This document shows, piece after piece, positions 1 to 12,236 of a stretch of 40,448 bases of DNA. The position numbers and the translations under genes are program-made. The first letter of the stretch is position 1. The number at the start of each line of letters is the position of its first letter. The notes beneath the pieces were generated by a model. That model saw nothing but the letters and a program-made list of their open reading frames with translations. It ran no database searches and was not told where the DNA came from. Origin of the DNA: Octopus bimaculoides (lineage: Eukaryota); the NCBI RefSeq assembly GCF_001194135.2, contig NC_068999.1, positions 38,669,750 to 38,710,197 of the forward strand. Reading direction: 5' to 3'.

Positions 1-276
1 GTTTATCCTTAGCTAGGTATTTCTCCTGCAACTGTCTCACTAGAAATAAGGCATCAGTAGTGCTTTTACCTGGCACGAACCCAAACTGCATCTCATCTAA
101 ATTGATTCGCTCCCTAATTAGTTGGGCTATGACCCTCTCTGTAACTTTCATAACCTGATCTAACAGCTTGATGCCTCTGTAATTATTTGTATCTAAAGCG
201 TCCCCTTTACCTTTGTAGCAGTTGACTATGATGCTGCTACACCAGTCATAGGGTATGACTCCTTCGTGTATTACCT
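1..276 (-). mobile_element. RTE-clade LINE fragment, N-terminal part of the reverse transcriptase (runs off the window edge)
   Basis: Minus-strand translation VIHEGVIPYDWCSSIIVNCYKGKGDALDTNNYRGIKLLDQVMKVTERVIAQLIRERINLDEMQFGFVPGKSTTDALFLVRQLQEKYLAKDK contains the non-LTR RT motifs KGKGD, NYRGI.LL and QFGF.PG.ST.DA. Confidence 0.92.
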
Positions 277-630
277 CTAATGAGCCATGAGGGAATTTGA
301 GGGAATCAATTTCCTGAGTCTCAAAGGTTTTTATGGATCCTGTTTATCTTCCACATACAAATACCATCTTCTCTGATAACCTTCCAGTTAAACCCATTGC
401 ACATCTTGAGTGTCCATAGCTTACACTGGGTACACCATATGGAGTTGCTGCCTACACCTTTCCTACAAATTGAGCAGGGCCAAGTACCTAAGTTGGGTAG
501 GGTCCTGTCAGTTTTCTTGCTTACTGGGATCTTAGTCTTTGCTAAGTTAACTTTAAGGCCCTTAGATTCCAGATTTTGCTTCCACACCTGAAATTTTTCA
601 TCTAGCTCTTATATGGAATCTGTTATCTCT
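272..630 (-). mobile_element. RTE-clade LINE fragment, distal RT region plus Cys/His-rich insert (decayed)
   Basis: ELDEKFQVWKQNLESKGLKVNLAKTK (RT motif GLxVNxxKTK), then WPCSICRKGVGSNSIWCTQCKLW; after a frameshift GRLSEKMVFVCGR*TGSIKTFETQEIDSLKFPHGSLEV. Overlaps ORF 321..587. Confidence 0.88.
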
Positions 631-1753
631 TGCTTATTTTAGGAAGTGGACTGTGGCCATCTTGGGACACTGCCTTGAAGGATTTCTGCATCTCATTAAA
701 ATAAATTTGATTTGACGTTTTTTTTTTTTTTTTTAGCAAGTCAAAGATGTTTTTAAAACACTTGGTGAAATAGAAAGTGTAAAATTTAGATTTTTCCCAG
801 AGATGTTTCGTACATAACATGTAAAGAAATAAAGGAAATAAATTTTAACCAAACATTGGAAGCAGACAACTGTGTGAGTGTGAAGGAGACAAACAATTGT
901 GCTTCAGCTTTAGAGACTTAATGTATTCTATGCTAAAGTTTAATTTTTGAAAATACTTTACCATTTTCACAATAGTCATCTAAAGTAAGCACAGAAGGCA
1001 AAAAAGCAAAACAAAACAAAAAAACAAAACAAAACAAAAAATACCACCATGATAATATTGATGAATAAATAACACACCCAAAATATATTTGCTGAATATT
1101 ATTGCATACTGTATTGTTGTGTTTGTGCGTACGTGCACACACTCACAGACACACAAACTTGCATACATACATACATGTACATATATGTGTGTGTGTATGT
1201 ATGTATATATATNNNNNNNNNNAAAAATATAGTTAATATACATATTAGTATATTCCTTATCTATATAGAACTCAAAATCTTCAGAGATTGCTAATGAAAT
1301 ATTGTAGAGGTCAGATGCAGTGTACAGTTGAAAATGAGAAGAAGCCATTTGGAATTTTCTTTTTTAATCTCTTTTTATTTGTATTTTGTTTGCTATTTTT
1401 TCCTCATTTCACTCAATAACACAAAACCTTAATAACAATCTCCTCTTTTCTCTGATTAAATTTTTTTTTCTTGGAATCTAAAAAAAAAAAAAAGAAAACA
1501 GATAAGTTTCCAAAGTATGAGGAAAAAATGTCAGCAACAAAAACAACCACCAAGTTGATCTGATGGAAAATCACTTTGAAATGACAAAAATAACAAAATA
1601 TAGAATGAAGATTTTGGTATTAAAAAGAAAGTTCCATTTTGATAATTTATGTGAGATGATAAGAAATATTTATCAATGAAATATTAAATGAATTTTCTCT
1701 CATGGCAGCATTGTTTTATTCTTGTTTCTGAATTTTTTTTCCATTCTTTTTAG

Positions 1754-1913
1754 GCTGCCCAAGAAAAAGAAGAACTTCAAGTAATCGGAGATGAGCTGGA
1801 TGCAAAAATACATAAAGCAGAAAAAGAAAACCGGGCCCTTGATAATACTATCAAATTATTGAATTCCAGCAATGAAAGTTACCGAAAGTCTTTCAATCGA
1901 GTTGAAGAGAACT
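1754..1913 (+). CDS. CCDC39: Internal coding exon of coiled-coil domain-containing protein 39 (axonemal ruler, FAP59 orthologue)
   Basis: Acceptor ttctttttAG at 1752-1753, donor GTaagt at 1914. 160 nt = 53 codons + 1 nt: [53 protein letters not shown]. Closely resembles the CCDC39 segment recalled as [33 protein letters not shown]. Confidence 0.93.
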
Positions 1914-2174
1914 GTAAGTTAATAATATAATGAATATTTGTATTTGGTTCTGAAACATTTCTTCTTGAGCCAAATTTGTTTTTGTATGTGAAAAAATATC
2001 CATTCTTTTTACCTGTTTTCTGTGTTTTTCTCATCATAATTTACTTCTGCAAATTCAGCAGATGCTATACTGAGGTCCAAGCAAAGCCGAAACATGTCCA
2101 GTTTTATTTCAAGTGCTTGTTAAGACAATGAAAAATGTATTGACATTGTATGCCCTTCCTAACGCCAACCACTT

Positions 2175-2333
2175 CCACTATACTCTTGGAGTGGTTGGTG
2201 TTAGGAAGGACATCCAGCTGTAGAAGCATTCCCAGATCAGATTGGATCCTAGTGCAGCCTCCTGGCTCTCCAGACCTCAGTAAAGCCGTCCAACCCAAGC
2301 CAGCATGGAAAGTAAACGTCAAACGATGATGAT
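2175..2333 (+). mobile_element. SINE family A (RTE-type 3' tail ending in (ATG)n)
   Basis: gtggttggtgttaggaaggacatccagctgtagaa...ccgtccaacccaagccagcatggaaagt..aaacgatgatgat; the same tail recurs more than 10 times in the window. Confidence 0.8.
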
Positions 2334-3319
2334 AAGGATCTGTATCTGCCTATCAGTGTGTGTGTATGTGTGGTTTGCAATATTTTCAGGAGTCTCTTTG
2401 CATTAGTTGTTTTTATATATCATTGTATATATATCATAACCCAAAATCTGATTATTTTTCTCTTATTGATCCCACTTACACAAAATATTTATCTTAATAA
2501 TATTCAGAATAACTACAAACTTTTTTATATAAATGATTGCAGTTTGCATCAACCAGTGCTTTTCTGTGTGGATTGTAAACAAATTTTATATTGGGTGCTG
2601 AGCAATAATAAACTTCAAATTGTGACTACAACCCTCTGTGCTTTCAATATTTGCTTGTATCAGGTTGGTGCTGAGGCAAGTTGTCATCTATGTCAAAATA
2701 GTACCTGGATGTAAATCACTATGGCCTTATATCATATAGTATGTATGAATGTACATTGAAAATAGTGGGACAGGAAGCAATGAATTGTACCAAGGGTGTA
2801 TGGTAAAAGTGTTAGTAAAACAGAAGAGGCAATGGTCAAAAAAGTTTGATAAGCAATAGTATATGTTATGATGACATGAACCTCAGCCTCAATGAAGTTT
2901 TTTTTTTCCTGTTTTGTTATCTATTTTTATTGTTTACTGGCATGGAAGAGTTAATCTGAAAACTAAGACTATTTCATGAAGAGCAAACCATATTGATGTA
3001 GCAGTACCTTAGTACCATAGTACTATAGTAGGTAGCAGAGCACCAAGATACCATGTCACCTTCTCAATGCAGACTCGGTCCAAATACTTAGTGAGTGGAT
3101 GCTACTAATGGCACCCCCAGGTGATGTTGTGCAGTAATGAGACATGATTAATATTCTATTCAGATTACAATATTCCCCAAAATTCTTTATTTCTCTTAAT
3201 TGAGCATTTCTAAGAAATGGTGCTAAACCTTTGCTTGATGCTTTTATCTCCTTTTTCTCTTCTCCTTATTCACTTTTTGTGTCAAAGAATGGTTTTCGAC
3301 ACTGCTCAGTCCCACTGGT

Positions 3320-3515
3320 ATGGAGGATTGTTTTGTTTTTAATGTTTTTGATGATAACAATGATGACAATGGTGGTGGTGGTGGTACTTCTATTGATAGC
3401 AATGGCAGTGGTGGAGCTACTTGTGATAATGATAATAATGCTTCTACTGCCATTATTTTTGTTGTTGACATCATTTCCATCATCATCATCGTCATTACCA
3501 CCACCATCATCATCA
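3320..3515. repeat. Mixed trinucleotide tract (GAT/GGT switching to CAT/CAC)
   Basis: gatgataacaatgatgacaatggtggtggtggt ... catcatcatcatc; a similar tract lies at 31455-31580. Confidence 0.8.
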
Positions 3516-3885
3516 TTATTATTTCAGTGTATTTTCAAGAGCAATGGTTTCTATTATAATACTGATTTCTTTTTATAATGCTTTCACTCTAAATGATAAT
3601 GCTTCTAATGGTAATCGAAAACAATAAATATATTTAGAATATCTGCATATCTTTGCTTTTTTAGTAAATATACTTAACTATAATTTGCAAGCTCTGGACA
3701 ATGATTTCTCTTACACCAAACTTAGGAAAAGTTTCTTTTCCACTTTTATTATAATATTTATTAGATTGTTTACATTTTTTCATGTTTTTATCCATTTCCC
3801 ATATTTTATCTTTTTGTTTTTTATAATAGTTCTAACATATTTCTAACATTTTTCATTTCATTATTTATGCACACACACACACACA

Positions 3886-3946
<61 letters not shown>

Positions 3947-4286
3947 CATGCACACATATATATATATGCACAAACACATACACCTGCATATTTACTTATT
4001 GTCAGTTGCTTACAAATTTATTTATTCGCTTTTGCTTCTATTAAAAATGTTTCAAAATATCCTATTCTTTAGATAATTACACTTCAGAATTCCTCCATGT
4101 CATCTGTTAGAAAACCTTACTATATTTATCATTATCATTAAGTCACANNNNNNNNNNNNNNNNNNNNNNNNNNNNNNNNNNNNNNNNNNNNNNNNNNNNN
4201 NNNNNNNNNNNNNNNNNNNNNNNNNNNNNNNNNNNNNNNNNNNNNNNNNNNNNNNNNNNNNNNNNNNNNNNNNNNNNNNNNNNNNN

Positions 4287-4327
<41 letters not shown>

Positions 4328-6599
4328 TATATGAACTATATATATGTGTGTGCATGTAAATACATGTGTGTACGTCTGTATGCAAGTATGTGTTCCAGAC
4401 AGTCTGTTTTTTTTACCCTACATCATTATCGGACCAACAGTTCGTTAACGCATATCTAATCAGTAGTAATACAAGAAAAGGAAATATATAACCTGCTGTG
4501 TGTTTAATTTATCTATCTAATCAAATGTTTCAGTTGCAGACTGGTGTCCTTGTCATTTTCTTGATTAGATGTGAACTTTGAAAATAAGAATGTTAGAGAG
4601 AGAGAAAAAAATAGGAAAACTGGTATTTATCTATATATATTCACACATATATATATATAGATATGTATGCATTTGTATGCATGCATGTGTGTGTGTGTGG
4701 AGTGGTGGTGTAGGTAGATATTTCATTTATGCATCTGTGAGTATATGTAAGCTTTTATGCTTATGTATATGTATGGGTGTGTACATAGCTTTATGTATGT
4801 GTGTGTACATTTCTTGATAAGTATATAAATCTATCTATAAATGTATGTATATATGTATAAATGTATAAATAATACACATATAAATATGTATACATGCATA
4901 TATGTGTACACATATATACGTACATACATGCATACATGCATGCATACATGCATATGAAATAAACCTGAACACTGACATATGCATACATGCTCAAGTGTGC
5001 TTGTCTGCAAGCATGGCTGTTGTGTTTGTGTGTGCATGTGTGTGTGTATGTCCAACAAGCCCTATTCACATGTTAGTATCTTCATACTGTTAGCCTCATG
5101 AAAGCATGACACATCAACCGATTCCTTTTTGTAATTTTGCTGTATAATTTGAGAGCAGCAGCACGTGAAAATCAACTCTACATACATCCTTATATATACA
5201 TTGGTATATTTATATTTAAATGCATACGTATGTATACATAAATATACATATACATATATATATAAACATATGTACATACACACATAGACATACTAATGCA
5301 CACATGTTTCTTAATGTCACTTGATATAAATAAAAAAAAAAACATTATTAGTTAGATGAATAATTTCTATGAATGAAAGACTTGTTAATGACATGGTACT
5401 TCGTATGCCACTGGTGATCGACAGTGGAAGAAGATATAGTCCCAATCAAATTATACAATCTCAATCAGCTAATTTTACTTAGACAGATAAAACATAATGT
5501 TTTCTCCTCTCTCTCTCTCTCTCTCTCTCTCATACACTTGCACCCTCTTTCTCTCTTTCTCTGTGTTTTTCTTTTTTTTTTTTGTTATAGTTTTGTTCCG
5601 TTAACAGCAACTTGTTTTTCCATTTTTAGTTTTGTACTTTCACTTTCCGTATTCAACCGAACAGCAATTGTCTTTAACAACAAAATCACTCATTGAAAGA
5701 AGAAAAAAAACAAACAAAAAAACACAAAAAAAAAACACACACATACATGAATAATTTCTGTATGATATGTAGGAGATCAATAATGTTTTGATTGGCCTTA
5801 TTGATGTACCAAACAAGCTCTAATCAGTCAGACCTATCTTCAGTACCAAAAACGGCAAAGCAAGAAAAAAAAAGGAAAAGAGACAAAACTCAAAAAGCAA
5901 TTGTAAAGAATTCAATCAAATATAGGATTTATGCTTTACACTTTCCTCTTATATGTTTGGGGTGTTTCATCTTTTTCAATACTTTGATCTTTTTCAATAT
6001 TTTCACTCTCACTATTTTACTATGACAAAGTACAAGCGAGGATCTGATATATATATATATATATACACTCATACACATACATAAAGTGTGTGTTGTCTTC
6101 AGTTAATGTACCATCTTCAGTTACTAGGAAAATTTTGTGCCTTTGTGTTGAGTGGTTAACTAAAACTTACTGAAAGAATACTATCAATTTGCTATCATAT
6201 TATCCACAAATCATAGTATTTATGAATGTATTTAATTAAAAGTGAAATAAAGAAGGAATGCTATAACCCAAAATAACAATATGTATGTATATATGTATGT
6301 ATGTGTATGTATGCACATATATATAAATAAATGTGATATATATAAATACATATATTTATGTATAAAGATATATGGATATATATATTCATATATAAACATA
6401 TATATACATTTATATATATATATATATATATACATTATATACTTATATGTGTGTGTGTATGTATGCATATATGTATGTGTATATATATATATGCCTTAAA
6501 ATAAATATATATATACATATCGTATAAATATTACATACACACTCCACACAACCATATACATGCATTTATACATATATTATACATATACACGCACATCAT

Positions 6600-6930
6600 C
6601 ATTATCATCATCATCATCATCGATTAACGTCCGTTCTCCATGCTGGCATGGGTTGGACGGTTTGACTGAGGTCTGGAGAGCCAGCGGCTGCATGAAGCTC
6701 CAATCTGGTCTGGCAGAGTTTCTACAGCTGGATACCCTTCCTAATGGCATCCACTCTGAGAGTGTAGTGGGTGCTTTTTACGTGCCACTAGTACAGGAGC
6801 CAGTAAAGCAGGCCTGGCAACAAAATCATTAGGATGGTGCTTTTTATGTGGCATTGTCACAGGTGCCAGTCAGTGGGTACCAGCATCTGCTCCGATATTG
6901 GTTCTACTTGACTCGACAAGTCTCCTCAAG
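6600..6930 (-). mobile_element. SINE family A copy
   Basis: (CAT)n then ttaacgtccgttctccatgctggcatgggttggacgg...ttctacagctggatacccttcctaatggcatccac, the reverse complement of the family A tail. Confidence 0.8.
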
Positions 6931-7326
6931 CATATACACACAAACACACACACACACATTTATTGATATATATATATATATATTTTTTCTAGGTATCAAC
7001 TATGGTTCATTACAATGTTATATTGCTACTCAGAATTTCATGTTGTGTTGGCCTAATAAGGTAACTACGGTACTGATACCTGATCATATATGTACAAGAC
7101 ACGAAATCGTGAAATTCTGAGCAAAAAGAAAGAGCATCATATGCTGAGCCCTTACAAACACACACACATACACACACACATACACATCATGCATAGAGTC
7201 TTTCTTTCAGTTTTAAGAATAAACTTATTTGTGTATATACACATAATATATATATACATATATATATACTTACATTTGCATGTGTATAAATATATGTAAA
7301 TATGTATACACGCATGCACATATGTG

Positions 7327-7367
<41 letters not shown>

Positions 7368-8639
7368 NNNNNNNNNNNNNNNNNNNNNNNNNNNNNNNNN
7401 NNNNNNNNNNNNNNNNNNNNNNNNNNNNNNNNNNNNNNNNNNNNNNNNNNNNNNNNNNNNNNNNNNNATATATATATATAAATATATCAAAGGGAAAATG
7501 TAATCATTTAGGTTGAAAGTTCTTCATTAAATTACCATGTCAGGAAAGGGAATATCAAACAGTTCTTTTAATATGGTTGTTGTTGTTGTTGTTGTTTTGA
7601 AATTCTACTTTGAAGTTTGAAGATAAGAATTTGTTATTGACATCTACACACCAACTTACATACACACCCACATATATATACACCCACCCACCCACATACA
7701 CACACATACATGTATTTATATGAAGATTCATAGTCATGCACACATATGAATATGTATACATAAACAGACAGTTACATATGCATGTACACACACACACCTG
7801 TGTATGTATATATATATGTATATATGTGTGTTGATGTATATATACATTGCATACATATATATCTACACCCACATATAGATTTACATTTATTTAGATCTAT
7901 AACATTTAGATCTATAACATACACACGCACTTGCATATACACAAACAAATACACACGTACACACAGAATTTGTGTGTTTGTCCCTGTTTGTGTCAAAGAA
8001 TTTGAATTGTTCAAAGTTTTTAAATGGGGGTCAGCTTATAATGGATTAATATATTGATAATACATAAACCATATCATGTTTGGAAAAAAAGCAACAACAT
8101 CACTCAACACTGCTGAGTGCCTCACATTTACTAACCTGTCCTGCATTTGTGCTCATATTTGATAAATAACATTTAAAACACTTGATGCTGCCTGCATGCT
8201 ACTGCACTCCTATGTCCTCTACTTTTCTGTACTCTACAAACTCTATAGCACTGCAATGTTATGTACTCACTTCTGTTTGCTCTGTCCAGTTATGCCTTTC
8301 ACTCTCCACCACCAAACTGACGTTCACTTCTGACCAGGTTATCCATCTGTGTGTCCCCTACACTGTTTCCACCTCTGCTCACATCTCTAGCCTGATGGTT
8401 AATGATTATCACACTCTTTGCATACTCTTGAACTTACCTACTACCTACCCTACCCTCTCTGTTTCTTTATCCTCATTCTCTCTCTTCTATTCACATTATA
8501 TTTTGAGAGTACGTCCCCCAACTCTCAGTTTTTTTCTCCCTCAACAGCTGGGGGAGCCATGTATCTCCTCTTCATCAATACACCTGTACCTGTTGCTTTA
8601 CCTTATTTTAATCTCTCATCACCTGACATGAAAACCACC

Positions 8640-8840
8640 TCCCTCAATACTACACACACACACCTCCATTCAATTGAGGGCTCTTGTTCCACAAGTTACT
8701 TCATGTCCTCACTAACGTAGATGTCAATGAAAATGCATCTAAGGCACTTTGTAAATTGGTTGCTATTAGGAATGGCATCCAGCCATAGAAACCATGACAA
8801 AGCAGACATTGGAGCTCATGCAATCCTCCAGCAAGTCAGA
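8640..8840 (+). mobile_element. Decayed family A-related repeat
   Basis: ttggttgctattaggaatggcatccagccatagaaaccatg matches the family A core; upstream extent uncertain. Confidence 0.5.
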
Positions 8841-8884
8841 TCCAATAGTGAAACCAATATTAACATTATTGGCAGATGAAGCTG

Positions 8885-9030
8885 AAGTGGCAGACATGTT
8901 GAATCACTTTACACTGCATAATCAATGGCTGTTTTCATTTTGAGTTCAATTCCTACTGAGGTAGACTTTACTCTTCATCTTTCCCAGCTTCAATGAAATA
9001 AATTACCAGAGTCTGGTATAAAGTCTGATA
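8885..9030 (+). mobile_element. Decayed SINE family B copy
   Basis: tgagttcaattcctactgaggtagactttactcttcatctttc...aattaccag aligns to the family B core seen at 21527. Confidence 0.5.
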
Positions 9031-9169
9031 TTACCATCGAAACCACTTTGCTGCAAATGAAGATATGCAGCTATGTTATAATCAATATTGATAATAATAA
9101 TAATGGTTTTGTTTTTGAAATTAATTTCTTTCAGATTAATAAAAGAAGAAAGAAAAAAAAACATTATGA

Positions 9170-9450
9170 GGTTAATAATAATAAAAATAATAGCAAGATG
9201 AAAAAAGAACAATGTTATAATATTAATAACAATATTAATAATAATAATAATAATAATAATGATAATAATAATAATAATAATAATGATAATAATAATAATA
9301 ATAATAATGATAATAATAATAATTGTAATAATAATAATAATAATAATTGTAATAATAATAACGACAGCAACAACAATAATAATAATAACAACAACAATAA
9401 TATTAATTACAGTAATGAAAATGTCAACAACAACAACAACGATAATGATA
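9170..9450. repeat. Imperfect (AAT)n/(AAC)n microsatellite
   Basis: Long aataataat array with gat, tgt and aac interruptions; source of the poly-N, poly-I and poly-L ORFs. Confidence 0.95.
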
Positions 9451-10328
9451 TTTATTAGATATATAGCCTGTAAACCACTGACACCACCCCTCCATCGAAT
9501 GGTCTGCTGATGATGTAGCAATGATGGTGGCTGCAGCCTTTTGATTTCTATGTTTCTGTGTACAGCAATGTCTGTGGAGTTCTAAGTTGTACATCTGTGT
9601 TTGTGTGTGTATGTGTGTGTGTGTGTGTGTGTNNNNNNNNNNNNNNNNNNNNNNNNNNNNNNNNNNNNNNNNNNNNNNNNNNNNNNNNNNNNNNNNNNNN
9701 NNNNNNNNNNNNNNNNNNNNNNNNNNNNNNNNNNNNNNNNNNNNNNNNNNNNNNNNNNNNNNNNNNNNNNNNNNNNNNNNNNNNNNNNNNNNNNNNNNNN
9801 NNNNNNNNNNNNNNNNNNNNNNNNNNNNNNNNNNNNNNNNNNNNNNNNNNNNNNNNNNNNNNNNNNNNNNNNNNNNNNNNNNNNNNNNNNNNNNNNNNNN
9901 NNNNNNNNNNNNNNNNNNNNNNNNNNNNNNNNNNNNNNNNNNNNNNNNNNNNNNNNNNNNNNNNNNNNNNNNNNNNNNNNNNNNNNNNNNNNNNNNNNNN
10001 NNNNNNNNNNNNNNNNNNNNNNNNNNNNNNNNNNNNNNNNNNNNNNNNNNNNNNNNNNNNNNNNNNNNNNNNNNNNNNNNNNNNNNNNNNNNNNNNNNNN
10101 NNNNNNNNNNNNNNNNNNNNNNNNNNNNNNNNNNNNNNNNNNNNNNNNNNNNNNNNNNNNNNNNNNNNNNNNNNNNNNNNNNNNNNNNNNNNNNNNNNNN
10201 NNNNNNNNNNNNNNNNNNNNNNNNNNNNNNNNNNNNNNNNNNNNNNNNNNNNNNNNNNNNNNNNNNNNNNNNNNNNNNNNNNNNNNNNNNNNNNNNNNNN
10301 NNNNNNNNNNNNNNNNNNNNNNNNNNNN

Positions 10329-10375
<47 letters not shown>

Positions 10376-10947
10376 GGTTATTTATGATTACTATGTCTAA
10401 AGGAATTATATGTTTTTGTTAATATTTCTGCATCACTGAAAAACGGATCTTCTTGGCAATAACGTATCCCATAATCCACTCTGAGCTTTACTTTAATTGC
10501 AGTTCTGCATCAGAGAGCGAAGGAACAACTCATCTCTCTTTCTCTTTTACCAAGGGTCCTGATGTATTTTGTTATAGACTCAGGGTAGATTAGCCCCTTC
10601 AGAACTTTGATTAATCTGCCGAACGCAATGCTTGTGTGTTCACGTCACTTTAAATCAGTCATTTATTATTTCATTGCTTTTGAGGTTTCGATGATGTGAT
10701 TGTTCATTTTTTCAAAGGACACTGTAGGATAGTCATGAGAGGCCAGATCTAGCCAGCTTGAACATAAAACTTATAGAATATTTAAATGCTAAAAGGTTAT
10801 GTAAAAAGAATACCTTATGTGTGGGAGATGGGAAACAACACAATTACTTTCTGCCAACAACTTTATGGAATATTGTTTTTTCTTTAATTCAGATCTTCTC
10901 CTTTTTATTCTTATTTATAGTTGGAACTTTGCTGTCTTAATTAATGA

Positions 10948-11420
10948 GCATGAAGGCACGTGGTTTAGTGGTTAGGGAATTTGGCTCACTTCTGTAAAGT
11001 CGTGAGTTCAATACCTGGCAACACATTGTGTGTGTGTGTGTACTAACCACATGGTTCTGGGTTCAGTCCCACTGCGTGGCATCTTGGGCAAGTGTCTTCT
11101 ACTATAGCCTCGGGCCGACCAAAGCCTTGTGAGTGGATTTGGTAGACGGAAACTGAAAGAAGCCCGTCGTATATATGTATATATATGTATATATGTGCGT
11201 GTGTTTGTGTGTCTGTGTTTGTCCCCCTAGCATTGCTTGACAACCGATGCTGGTGTGTTTATGTCCCCGTCACTTAGCGGTTCGGCAAAAGAGACCGATA
11301 GAATAAGTACTAGGCTTACAAAGAATAAGTCCCGGGGTCGATATGCTCGACTAAAGGCGGTACTCCAGCATGGCCGCAGTCAAAATGACTGAAACAAGTA
11401 AAAGAGTAAAAGAGAGAGTT
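10948..11420 (+). mobile_element. tRNA-derived SINE family C, preceded by an extra tRNA-like head
   Basis: A-box TGGTTTAGTGG and B-box GAGTTCAATACC at 10948-11010. A second head (GGTTCAGTCCC) leads into ttgggcaagtgtcttctactatagcc...gactaaaggcggtactccagcatggccgcagtc...aaaagagtaaaagag. Confidence 0.78.
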
Positions 11421-11439
11421 GTATATACCAATATAATGC

Positions 11440-12225
11440 AGGTTTTTTTTAGTTACATTTGGCAACATTTTATGCCTCCTTTTTGGGGTGACAACTTGAT
11501 GTATTGGTGAACAACGAACAGCATTGGAGAGCATAAAGATTGCAATTGTAGTTGAGAAAAAGCTAATTGACATGGATGGCTGGAAACTAGGGAAATATCG
11601 GAAAATAGTTACTTCTGTCATGATGATTCATGCTGTGTGTCAAAGCGCTGACATCATGACTGCTGCTCAATGTACTGTGAACACTTTAAAGATTGTAAGA
11701 TGTGAAATGGCCAGCAAGAAGGAACATGGCGAGCGTTTTAACTGTGTCCAAATGCCCAATATCTTTGAATAGGGCCTGAAGCTCAATCCAGAGAGCTATG
11801 TGAAAGTGCTGGAGACTGTGGTCAAACTCTGACTGGATAAGACTACTGCTGGAAGATTGTATCTTTGGCATATCTCTGGAAAGAGTCAGAGGTGGCTGTC
11901 AGAGAATTTCTATGACTTCAATTTCTGGCCTCTTCATTCATTCTCCCATTTGTAATTATGTGGATTACTTATGTGTAGGCTGCAATTGAAAAAAAAGACA
12001 CCAACCGCTGTGCTTGTAACACAAAGATCAAGCTGGTAGCCCAAATCATAGAAATGTTTGAATATCTTCCTAGTAATACAGCAAGGAATGCATGTGCCAG
12101 TATCTGAACTGTCTTGAGACCAGGATGGTATGTGAGGGCAGCTATTTTCAGTAAACTGTTATCTTCCAACCATAATGGAGTTGATGGTTTTTGATTCTCT
12201 TTTTTAAAATATTTTATTTGAATAA
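11440..12225 (+). mobile_element. Internally deleted, decayed Tc1/mariner transposon, probably maT (DD37D) family
   Basis: N-terminal part IVTSVMMIHAVCQSADIMTAAQCTVNTLKIVRCEMASKKEHGERFNCV is joined to catalytic remnants GLKLNPESYVKVLETVVKL*LDKTTAGRLYLWH..SGKSQRWLSENFYDFNFWP..CNYVDY..EKKDTNRCACNTKIKLVAQIIEMFEYLP..ARNACASI, with stops and frameshifts. TIRs not resolved; boundaries approximate. Confidence 0.78.
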
Positions 12226-12236
12226 GACGTTGTGTT

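Noticed and set aside
8182-8720. Overlapping 149-aa and 100-aa S/L/T-rich ORFs
   Set aside because: Pyrimidine-rich low-complexity sequence upstream of a SINE-like tail; composition explains the lack of stops.
9003-10422. Long ORFs rich in I, N, L or X, and the many YIYI/CVCV/HTHT ORFs across the window
   Set aside because: They are translations of (AAT)n, (AT)n, (GT)n and (CA)n microsatellites or read-through of N gaps, with no coding signal.
10948-11015. tRNA-like sequence with A and B boxes (also a minus-strand head at ~21845-21915)
   Set aside because: No complete cloverleaf or acceptor stem; these are SINE heads, not tRNA genes.
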